DNA of 64,000 bases, from positions 186,001 to 250,000 of the forward strand of contig NIVC01000640.1 of the NCBI GenBank assembly GCA_002269645.1, in the 5' to 3' direction. The stretch is from Macrostomum lignano (taxonomy: Eukaryota). The translations under genes were made by a program, and so were the position numbers. This document shows, piece by piece, positions 25,406-37,000 of this stretch; within the stretch, counting starts at the first letter, position 1; every line of letters begins with the position of its first letter. Under the pieces are notes generated by a model. It was not told the DNA's origin. It saw nothing but the letters and a program-made list of their open reading frames with translations, and did not search any database.

Positions 25406-27655
25406 ATGCAGAAAGCCGTTCACATGTCCTCTGCTGCCCCTCGGACAAGTTCGAGGCCGGCTAAACCGCCTAAGCCAGTGTACTGCCTGTGCCGGTCTAC
25501 CGACAGCACCAGGTTCATGATCGCCTGCGACAGCTGCGAGGAATGGTTCCACGGCGACTGCGTCAGTGTCACGGCCAGCCTGGCGGAGCGCATCGTTGCT
25601 TATTATTGCGAGGCCTGTCGCAAGCGAAATCGCCGCCTAGCTGTGCAATACAAACCGGCGGCATCGCCAACCGCTAACAGCAAGCCAGATGCCAAGCATA
25701 GGCGCAGGGGCAAACAGTCGGCCACGCGTAAGCGTGACGCCAGCGAGGCTTCTAAAAGCAGCAACAGCAGTCCAGCAGAGTCTGCAACCAGGAGAAAGGC
25801 TCGGAATGTAAAGAACCAGCAAGACGGCTCTAAAGCAGACGGGCCTGCTTCGACGCTGCAGAACGGACGCGGTGGGTCGCCGTCAGGGCGGCAGCAGCGC
25901 CGGCAGCGCGGCGGGCAGCAGAGTCGCCGAGCAGAACCTGCTCAGCCAGATTCGTCGCCGGACACTGCACGACGGCGCGGCAGGCGACGTGCGCGGCAGT
26001 CGCCGATTCGCCAAATTAGCAACGATGCCAACGACGAAGCTATAGTCGATGAAGCTTTGGACGATTCAATCGACGACGTGTCAGCCGAGCTGGTCCCCGA
26101 CGGTGGAGGCAGCGGCGGTGGTGGTGGCAACAACGGCATTGTTGTCGTTCCCGATCCGCCCTCGCTGCTGTCCAGCCCGTCTGCCGCCGCCGCCGCCGCA
26201 GCCGCTGCCGCTCTCGGCGCTGTCGTTAGCGACGTCGATGTTGACGAAGACGAAGCCGAAGCTGTTGTTGTTGACGCCGACGATATCGCCGTTGAAGAGG
26301 AGATGCTCCTGCCGGCCGAGGACGAGTCGGCCACCGACGACGAGCTAGAGACGTCCGGTTTCCGGCCGCCGCAGATGGAGTCGGACGTTGAGCAGGACCA
26401 GAACTCGCTGCTGGACGAAGACGACTTCGCGTCTACCAGCGTTTTCCGATTCCCGAAACGGTGCGGCTACTGCGAGGCCTGTCGGCTGAAGGCGGACTGC
26501 GGCCGCTGCGAGGTCTGCCAGGCCAAGAAGCGCTACCCGAGCTTCAAGCTGGACAGCGTGGACTGCTTGGCCCGGCAGTGCCGCACAATGGCCAAACTCG
26601 GCGGCCGACTCGGCTCTCTGCCCTTTCCCATACAGAAGCGCGGCCGAGGCCGGCCCTCCAAGGCGTCGCTTAGCAACGAATATTTTCTCTACTTATCCGC
26701 CGGGGCCAGGCCGCGTCGGCGCGACGATTATAGCGGCGGCCATCAGAAGCAGCAGCGACTGTCGCCTGCGCCGGCAGCTCTGTTGCAGCAACAGCAGCAG
26801 CAAAGACCTGCCGCCGCTGTAGCCGCCCCAATTGCCGACTTGGGGCGCAAACGGCGGCATCATCAGCAGCACCAGCGTCTGCCTGTTGACGACGGTCTTT
26901 TAGTTGTCCAGCCGGCTTCGCGACCGCAGTTTTGCACGCCGTGAGTCATTACTAATTCAAAATTCTGTTGTCAATAGCCGTCTTAGCTCAAGGCTCGAAC
27001 CCATAGATCTTTGTCCATACTCGTAGACCACTGAGGATTAGTTTTCAGCGGTGCAAGCGAACATCTTTTCGTCCCCGAAGTCATTTTTGGGTGTCATTTT
27101 CTATCCATAGGCCATAGATCTTATATTATACACCCAGTCAAACCATTGAGTCTTATGGGAAGCTTTCCAAGAAGCGGTGATTTCAGCTAGTGTTCAGTAG
27201 TTAATGCGCATGTTTGTCAGTAGCTGAAAAGAGTATTAAATTAACCTTTTTATTCAGCTGTGTCAGCGTAAGACTTGAAATGACTTTGTATGATCAGTGT
27301 AAGATTATAATCAGCAAGAGTGCGTTTTAAATTAACAATAATTTTCTACTCATAAAATTACGAATGGTTTTTGGCTAGCGGTTAGAGCGCCGGACTCACG
27401 ACTCAAAGGTCGGGGGTTCGATTCCTGACCCATTCGGAACAATTTGTGTCCTTGAGCAAGACACTTAACTCTGCATTGCTTCAGTTCACCCAGCTGTAAA
27501 ATGGGTGCCAGCATTAGCTGGGGTAATTGAGGCTGTGTGGTGACCCCCCAGTCCTTGGACTGAACAGCCGTACGCAGCCTTCAGATGCGCCTTGCAATAG
27601 CTGCGGCTGAGCTGTCGGTTGCACAGCTGGCCATTAGGACAGGTGCAATCTATTA

Positions 27656-27717
<62 letters not shown>

Positions 27718-28078
27718 GTTTAAAGTGTAAAGTATATGTTGTTCTATCATTGCATTCGTATTGCATCTTTGACTATATTAATTAACTGCCAGGTACGGCC
27801 TGAGCTACTCCGATCACTCCTATTGCAAGCACCACGCCTCAGGCGGCTGGCAGCGTCAGTCGCCTCAACCAGTTAGCCAGCTCGTATCGCCAGTCAGCTC
27901 CGCTGCTGCCGTTGCTGCCGCTTTGTCAGCCGCCGCGTCGGTGTCGGCCTCAGTTGCTCAGCCATTTAGCCAGCAGCAGCAGCTGATCCAGCAGCACCAG
28001 CAGCAGCAGGCATTCTACACGCTGAACGATGACACGGACAATTTGAAGGTTACCTGGCCTGAGGAGGCGGCCGCTTAA
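25406..28078 (+). CDS. CXXC1/Cfp1-like protein: PHD + CXXC + AT-hook, short Gln/Ala-rich tail (~606 aa, 2 exons)
   Basis: Exons 25406-26940 and 27793-28078 join in phase 2 (GTGAGT/CCAG). PHD 25481-25618 (YCLC...FMIACDSCEEWFHGDC...YCEAC), 8-Cys CXXC 26462-26581, KRGRGRPSK AT-hook. The start could be the second Met. Confidence 0.82.
27365..27717 (+). mobile_element. tRNA-derived SINE with (TAT)n tail
   Basis: A-box-like TGGCTAGCGG, B-box GGTTCGATTCC (27415-27425), central GTGTCCTTGAGCAAGACACTTAAC...CCCAGCTGTAAAATGGGT, ~22 TAT units. Sits in the CXXC gene intron. Confidence 0.85.
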
Positions 28079-28227
28079 GTTGTCTGCTTTGTTCGTTTTT
28101 TAATTTAACCTTGTTTTTGTAGAGTTCAGCTTGTACAGCACTGCGATTCTGTGTATGCGTGATGCGTTTTGCGTATTCTTGTTGTGTATAATGCGTTAGT
28201 TTAGCACATTTTGGGTCAAGTTAATTA

Positions 28228-29168
28228 TTGATTGGTTGATTGATTGACGGCTGATTAATTGATTGATAGATTCACAACTTATTGATTGATTGATTCACAA
28301 CTGACTGATTGATTGATTGATTCACAACTGACTGATTGATTGATTGATTCACAACTGATTGATTGATTGATTGATTCACAACTGATTGATTGATTCACAA
28401 CTGATTGATTGATTCACAACTGATTGATTGATTCACAACTGACTGATTGATTGATTCACAACTGATTGATTGATTCACAACTGATTGATTGATTGATTCA
28501 CAACTGACTGATTGATTCACTGATTCACAACTGATTGATTGATTGATTGATTCACAACTGATTGATTGATTGATTGATTCACAACTGATTGATTGATTGA
28601 TTGATTCACAACTAATTGATTGATTGATTGATTCACAACTAATTGATTGATTGATTGATTCACAACTAATTGATTGATTGATTGATTCACAACTGATTGA
28701 TTGATTGATTGATTCACAACTGATTGATTGATTGATTGATTCACAACTGATTGATTGATTGATTGATTCACAACTGACTGATTGATTGATTCACAACTGA
28801 CTGACTGATTGATTGATTCACAACTGACTGACTGATTGATTGATTCACAACTGATTGATTGATTCACAACTGACTGATTGATTGATTGATTCACAACTGA
28901 CTGATTGATTGATTGATTCACAACTGACTGATTGATTGATTGATTCACAACTGACTGATTGATTGATTCACAACTGACTGACTGATTGATTGATTCACAA
29001 CTGACTGACTGATTGATTGATTCACAACTGATTGATTGATTCACAACTGACTGATTGATTGATTGATTCACAACTGACTGATTGATTGATTGATTCACAA
29101 CTGATTGATTGATTCACAACTGACTGATTGATTGATTGATTCACAACTGACTGATTGATTGATTCACA
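28228..29168. repeat. Compound (GATT)n-CACAACT satellite
   Basis: CACAACT spacers separated by 2-5 GATT/GACT units. Confidence 0.96.
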
Positions 29169-31019
29169 AAAGGTAAAAATGATTTGGGATTAGTATTTGC
29201 AGTCAGAAGTTAATGCTGCGTGTAATATACCAGTAACTCACAGCTGCAGGCAATTGAGCAATTATTAAATGTATGATGAAGTCTGCTATTGTGTTTCTGT
29301 CACAGGCTGTCAGTTCTGAAATTTGGCCAGCCTGTGTTTCATTTATATTGAACATTTGCTCGCCTCATCCCAATTCCTCTGCAGCTATATGCATACATGC
29401 TACTTACTAGTAGCTGTACTAGTAGTATATGTAGCGCTAAATTGCCTGGTGTTGCGTGGCAATTTTTTGCTTGTTATTATTTTTATTGTTAATTTGGCAT
29501 GTTGAAGAATTGATAAAATATCGAAATCTGATTACTTATTTCATCAGTAGCATCGTCAGTTAATTATTAATTTTTTATTTACTTAGAAACAAACCGGAAT
29601 GCCGAATTGCTGTTTTTGTATGTAGCAATATTGTTTGAACTGAAATTTGGATTAAATCATTATTTATTTTTGTTATCGATTGGTAACAACCTTGCCTACA
29701 TGTATTGGCTTCAACTGTATTATGCATTAGCCAGCCCCTCTGACTTCGTATCCTAGGCAACAGCAATCTCTGGTTTTGTGTGTATCACTATATGCTCCAT
29801 TTGCATAATTTTTTTATTGTTTAATCCCGTTTGTACAGCATCTCACTCATCATCTAGTGTACAGGTGTAGCAAGTAACCCTCAGTTTTTGTTTGAAAGCA
29901 TATTTTTAACAGAACCATTTTTTACAGGTCTCACTGGTCCTGTCTCTGTACAGTAGTATATAAGTAATCTTATTGTGCACCCCCCTAGCCCACTGTTTGG
30001 TTGCACTGCTCTGCATGATTCTCTTCGCTGTATACGAACTTCTAATCATCAAGTCTGTCTACACGTGTCCCGATTATATAGCAACTTATAACCTTAGTAA
30101 TATTTTTATATTAAGAAATCGAAATTTCAAATATATACCATTTTTTCTCCTATTTAAGTGTGCACCAGTTGCTTTGCTGCTATCTTGACTGACAAAATTA
30201 GTCATTTATAATTGACAAATTATTAATGTTTCATTTACCTTTAAATTGTATTAACTGACGACATATGAAGGTCAACACTCAAGGCACAGAAAGTTGTACA
30301 ACTGCACATGCCTGACGATTAGACAGTCAGGGCTGCTGTACACCTTGTGTGAGCGTGTGTGAGTGCGTGACTGAGTACAGTAAGTGCTCAGGACTCAGAT
30401 TGCCTCACTGCTGGTAATGCGCCTCAAGGATGCTCATTGCACTCTTGCAAATATCGCGGAAACCGCTACTCAAATATTACGAACTGGTCACTAGAAGTAG
30501 TATCTACTGCAGCCTCTGCAGCATTCCAACTGAAACTGTTCTGTCCTTAGCATGCTAAGTTTTGCAGTCAAAGCAAATCTGTTACTAAGCAGATAAGCGC
30601 CACTAGCTGGTCTTGCGCAGTGTTAGCTCTGGCTCTCTCTCTCTCCCTCTCTCTCTTAGCACTTGGTTTGGAACGCATTGGCTTTATCCAATACGATTAA
30701 GAAACTCGGAAGCTATTCCGCCTGAGCATGTCAGGGTTGAGCTTGTTTATGCGAGCCGAGCCCGCCCCGCCAGGCACACGGATCCAATCTTATCAATTCT
30801 TGCTGTGCGAGAGGCCGCCCGCCAGTCGCAGGACTAAAAAAGCCGAGCTAAAAATGCTTAAAGCCCATGAATTCGGCAAATCTTCGCCCTTTTTGGTTCG
30901 GGCGTTGCCACCAGCTCCAAGCGATCGAGACTCTCAAAGCCCGCAGCTGAAGTCGTTGCCGCCAGCTCCAAGCGATCGAGACTCAGAGTTGGTGTTGCTA
31001 TTTGGCCACGCCGCAATCG

Positions 31020-34000
31020 ATGTACCGAGTCGCCATTGCCGCACTCGCCGTCGTCGCCCTGACGCTGACGGCGGCCAGAGGGCAGCCGCAGCCGGTCGGA
31101 GAGGCCAATGTGACCATCGGAAGCTGCTCGATCGTCGGCTCCGAGTTCAATCTGACGATGCCCGACGGTCTCGGCAGCCGCCTGCTCCGCTTCCTGCGGG
31201 TGCCGTACGCCGAGCCGCCAGTCGGCGACAGGCGGTTTGCCAAGCCGCAGCCGTTCAACTTCAGCCGCTCCGACTGCCGGCTGACCGGCGAGGAGGCCGC
31301 CGACCCCGAGAAGAACTTGCTCCGCCTCAGCATTCGAACTCCCGACCTTGCCCCCGCTGATCCGCTGCCCGTGCTGGCGCTGCTGCTCGACGGCTCCTCC
31401 GACTTCAATGACAGCCTCGGCCACGAAGTCGGCGACGCTATCGGCACAAGTGTCGTCATGGCAACCATCGGCAGTCGATTCGGCGTCCTTGGCAACGTGC
31501 CGGCAGGGCAGAACAACGGCCTTGAGGATCAGCGCCTGGCGCTGGAGTTCCTGCGCGACCAGCTGCACCGATTCGGCGGCGACCCGGCGCGAGTGACGCT
31601 GGCCGGCCACGGCGCCGCCGCTGCCGCTGTCGGCCTGCACGCGGTTGGAAGCGGCGGATTCTCGCGCGTCGTCATGATGAGCGGCTCCATCGCCGCGCCG
31701 CTGGGCTGGTCGGCCTCCGCCGAAGTGGCCGCCGCCCTGGACCGCCAGCTGGCCGCCAGCCTGAGCTGCGGCATCGGAGATGAAGGCCGCCTGCCGCTCG
31801 ACTGCCTGCGGAGCAAGCCGCTGAAGGACCTGCTGGATGCTGAGTCGCTTCTCCGGCGGGACTACGGCGACGGCGCTGGTCGGTTCGCGCCGTCCTTCAA
31901 CGCCTCCTCGCTGCCGGACGCGCTTTGGCGCTCTGGCGCCTTCAACGGCTCCCTGATGATCGGCGTCGGAACTGGCGTCGGCCCGGCGCTGGCGGAGCTG
32001 GCGCTTCGCGTGCAGGGCGCCGACTGGGGCGCGCTCGACCAGACGGCATTTGAGACCGTGAGTGGCGCGCTGCTCTGAGCTGGGGCTGAGCTGAGCTCCC
32101 TGATCCCTTCATGCAGTGCCGTTCCAGCCATGCAGCTGCCTGACCCACCTGGCCACTGCAGCTGTCACTCACCTGACCCACCTGGCCACTTTGCAGCTGT
32201 CACTCACCTGACCCACCTGGCCACTGCAGCTGCCACTCACCTGACCCACCTGGCCACTTTGCAGCTGTCACTCACCTGACCCACCTGGCCACTTTGCAGC
32301 TGTCACTCACCTGACCCACCTGGCCACTTTGCAGCTGCCACTCACCTGACCCACCTGGCCACTTTGCAGATCCTGGATCGCGAGTTTGGCCAGTTTCCCC
32401 GCCTCCACTCGGCCGGCCGAAACGCCTCGGTCAGCGGGCGCCGCTACCTCCGGCTGACTCTGTCCGACTGGCCGCACTTCGCCTACGGCGGCCGCGTCCG
32501 CCAAATTTTGGCCCGCGCGCTGTCCGACTTTGGCGCCGTCTGTCCGGTTTGGGAGGCCGCCAACGACATGATTGGCTCAGGCCGGGTGTTTGTCTACCTG
32601 CACGATGAGGACGGAGATCCCGCAGCTGCACTGTCGGTGGCGAATGACGCGAAGGTGCTGCTGGGAGAGCCGCTGGTGCGAGCGAACTACTCAGCTGAGC
32701 ACAGGAGTCTGTCCAGAATCATGATGCAGCACCTGGTAGATTTTACTGCTAGTGGAGGTGAGTTCTTCAGGCAGCTGTGTAATTGAAATGCCTGGTCAGA
32801 TTTGCTGCTTCAAGAGCCGCTTTCCTTGCCTCTTTCAGCTCCCAGTCCCGGCTGGCCCTCCAGCAGCGCCGGCGCCTTTGATTTCCTGCGCTTCGGCGCC
32901 AAAACCGGCGTCAATTCGACAAGCGGCGGCTTCGCCTTCGAGCCCGGCCGCTGTCCACTCTGGTCGACCGAGATGTCGCTGGCCAGCAACCTGTCCGCCT
33001 CGCCGCCTCCTCCGCAGCCTCCGCCGCCGCCGCCGCCTCCGCCACCGCGAACCTCGCCAGGAGGTGCGCAGCCGTTCTCGAACACGGTGCTGCGGAACTA
33101 CAGCGTGAATATTCTCGGGCTGGGCAGGACGGTCGGCCAGACGATCCGCACCCCCGCTGGCAAAGTGATGACGCAGTTTCTCGGCCTGCCCTACGCCAAG
33201 CCTCCCATCGGAGGGAAGCGCTTTGCTGTTCCGGAGCCGGCGGATGCGTTCGGTGAGCTGCCGCTACCAGCCTCGAGTCCTGCATTGAGTCCCGCATTGA
33301 GTCCCGTATTGAGTCCCGCATTGAGTCCCGCATTGAGTCCCGCATTGAGTCCCGTGTTGAGTCCCGGATTGAGTCCCGGATTGAGTCACGAATTGAGTCC
33401 CACATTGAGTCCCGGATTGAGTCCCGGATTGAGTCACGCATTGAGTCCCGGATTCCTGCATTGAGTCCCGCATTGAGTCCCGCATTGAGTCCCGTATTGA
33501 GTCCCGCATTGAGTCCCGCATTGAGTCCCGTATTGAGTCCCGTATTGAGTCCCGGATTGAGTCCCGGTTGAGTCACGCATTGAGTCCCGCATTGAGTCCC
33601 GTATTGAGTCCCGTATTGAGTCCCGGATTGAGTCACGCATTGAGTCCCGGATTGAGTCCCGGATTCCTGCATTGAGTCCCGCATTGAGTCCCGTATTGAC
33701 TCCCACATTGATTCCCATATTGAGTCCCACATTGAGTCCCACATTGAGTCCTGCCCTAGCAACTAAGCGTTGATCCACGACCGACTTCCTTTTACCCTGC
33801 AGGCGAGGACTTCCTAGCGATAAGCCCGAAGCCCGCGTGTCCGCAGCCGGGGCCGCTCGCGACCTCCGAGGACTGCCTCTACCTGAACTTGTGGACACCC
33901 AAGCACTCGGACCGGGAAGTTGAAAAACTCCCCGTCTTGGTGTTCCTTCACGGCGGCTTCTTTCAGACTGGCGACGCCTTCGATGAGCGCTGGCGGGGAA

Positions 34001-37000
34001 GCCACGTGCTGGACCAGGTCGATGCGGTGGTGGTGACGGTCGCCTACAGACTGGGTGAGTGGGTGAGGAGAGGGTGAGGAGAGGGTGAGGAGAAGGTGAT
34101 TGAGCAGAGGGTGACGAGAGGGAGACGATAGGGTGAGGAGAGAGGGTGAGGAGTGGGTGATGAGAGGGTGAAGAGAGGGTGAGGAGATGGTGAAGTGGTG
34201 AAGAGAGTGTGAAGAGAGGCTGAGGAGATGGTAAGTGAGGAGAGGGTCCTCAGTCTTTTGGTGGGCTGCAGCAGCAATGGCAGGTGATGGGATCTGAGGT
34301 GCTCAGGCCTTTGGTGAGCTGCGGCAGCAATGGCAGGTGATGGGATCTGAGGTGCTCCGGGCTGCAGTAGCAAAGGGGATCTTCCAGCTTCAGTCGCAAT
34401 GCCTGCTGATTCCCAGGTGCTCTGGGCTTCCTGTGGCTGCAAAACGCCTCGGTGCCCGCAAACCTTGGCCTCCGAGACCAGGCGCTGGCCCTCCAGTGGG
34501 TGCGCTACAACGTGCGCTTTTTTGACGGCAGCCCCAGCAAAATCAGCCTGGTGGGCGCGGAGGCCGGCGCTGCCTCCGTCGGCTTCCACCTGCTGGCGGA
34601 GTCGCTGCAGTTCCAGCGCGCCGTCCTTCTGTCGGGCTCGCCGAACTCCCCCTTCGCGGTGTCGCCAATGCCAGACGAAGTGCGGGCGATGCACAAAAAT
34701 TTTACAGGTGAGACACCTGCAGATGCCCGCTTGCTTGCAGTTTAGGAGTACTTTGAGTACTTTGCTTGTGCTCAGCACAGTCCGCGCAAGTATTATCTGC
34801 CAGACTGCACAGGTGTCAGCTCGGCCATCCCTTGACTCCTCAGCCAGCTACTTGAGCTGCAGCACTCATCTCCCAGACTGCACAGCTCAGCCTCCCCTCC
34901 GACTCCTCAGCCAGCTACCTGAGCTGCAGCACTCATCTCCCAGACTGCACAGGTGTCAGCTCAGCCACCCCTCCGACTCCTCAGCCAGCTACCTGAGCTG
35001 CAGCACTCATCTCCCAGACTGCACAGCTCAGCCTCCCCTCCGACTCCTCAGCCAGCTACCTGAGCTGCAGCACTCATCTCCCAGACTGCACAGCTCAGCC
35101 TCCCCTCCGACTCCTCAGCCAGCTACCTGAGCTGCAGCACTCATCTCCCAGACTGCACAGCTCAGCCTCCCCTCCGACTCCTCAGCCAGCTACCTGAGCT
35201 GCAGCACTCATCTCCCAGACTGCACAGCTCAGCCTCCCCTCCGACTCCTCAGCCAGCTACCTGAGCTGCAGCACTCATCTCCCAGACTGCACAGCTCAGC
35301 CTCCCCTCCGACTCCTCAGCCAGCTACCTGAGCTGCAGCACTCATCTCCCAGACTGCACAGCTCAGCCTCCCCTCCGACTCCTCAGCCAGCTACCTGAGC
35401 TGCAGCACTCATCTCCCAGACTGCACAGCTCAGCCTCCCCTCCGACTCCTCAGCCAGCTACCTGAGCTGCTGCCAGTCGGCCCCCGCTGAGCTGCTGGAC
35501 TGCCTGCGCAACCTCACCTCCTCGGAAATCGTCAGCGCGGCCGCAGACTTCCAGCGCGACGTCGCCCGCCTCCAAGCGCCCTTCGTCGCCTTCGGACCCG
35601 CCCTGGACGCCGACTTCCTGAAGTCCGACCCGTGGTCGGTGGACGCCTTGCCGCCGGTTCCGCTGCTGCTGGGCGGCGTGGACTCCCCCGGCAACACGCT
35701 GGTGCGGCTGCTGCTGCCCGATGGCCTGAACGTGACGCGAAACCGCGTGCTGGAGGTGAGGTGCACAGCACCTGGGCCAGTCACTGCTGAGTCCCGCACT
35801 CCTCTCACCACCCACAGCACCTGGCCCAGTCACTGCTGAGTCCCGCACTCCTCTCACCTCCCACAGCACCTGGCCCAGTCACTGCTGAGTCCCGCACTCC
35901 TCTCACCTCCCACAGCACCTGGGCCAGTCACTGCTGAGTCCCGCACTCCTCTCACCTCCCACAGCACCTGGCCCAGTCACTGCTGAGTCCCGCACTCCTC
36001 TCACCTCCCACAGCACCTGGCCCAGCCACTGCTGAGTCCCGCACTCCTCTCACCTCCCACAGCACCTGGGCCAGTCACTCCTCTCACCTCCCACAGCACC
36101 TGGGCCAGTCACTGCGCCACTTCCCCCGCTTCGGCGAGTCGCTGTCCTCGGTCGGGCTGGAGGCCGCGAGTCGCCGCTTCGCCGAATTCCCCAGCTCGAC
36201 CGCTGACGCCGGCGTCGGGGACGTCAAGGAGGCCCAACTGCTGTCGCGGGCGCTGGGCGATCGGCACTTTACCTGCCCTAGCTGGAACTTCATGGCCAGA
36301 GCGGCTGCTTTGAGCACTGCTCAGGTTTTCGGCTTCCTGCTCGCCGAGCCGGCCGAGGAAATCGGGGATCGGCTGGTCGGCGCCAGCCTCTGTGAGCAGG
36401 CGGGGCTGAGGGGAGCGGGGAAGTCAGGCAGGTGGTCAGACAGTATGAGCTCGCTCAGTTTAACACTGAGGCACTGGTTAACCAGTGCAAATCGCCACTC
36501 ACTGAAGTGCTCCAAAGCCCCTCCAACCGCTTAACTCCCACTCACTGAAGTGCTCCAAAGCCCCGCCAACCGCTTAACTCCCACTCACTGAAGTGCTCCA
36601 AAGCCCCGTCAACCGCTTAACTCCCACTCACTGAAGTGCTCCAAAGCCCCGCCAACCGCTTAACTCCCACTCACTGAAGTGCTCCAAAGCCCCGCCAACC
36701 GCTTAACTCCCACTCACTGAAGTGCTCCAAAGCCCCTCCAACCGCTTAACTCCCTCTCACTGAAGTGCTCCAAAGCCCCGCCAACCGCTTAACTCCCACT
36801 CACTGAAGTGCTCCAAAGCCCCTCCAACCGCTTAACTCCCACTCACTGAAGTGCTCCAAAGCCCCGTCAACCGCTTAACTCCCACTCACTGAAGTGCTCC
36901 AAAGCCCCTCCAACCGCTTAACTCCCACTCACTGAAGTGCTCCAAAGCCCCTCCAACCGCTTAACTCCCACTCACTGAAGTGCTCCAAAGCCCCGCCAAC

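Noticed and set aside
27365-27440. tRNA gene
   Set aside because: A and B boxes are present but there is no closed cloverleaf; it continues into a SINE body and tail.
30858-31640. Antisense and alternate-frame ORFs over GC-rich exons (also 5703-6500, 54188-54846)
   Set aside because: Shadow ORFs of high-GC coding sequence with no recognisable domains.
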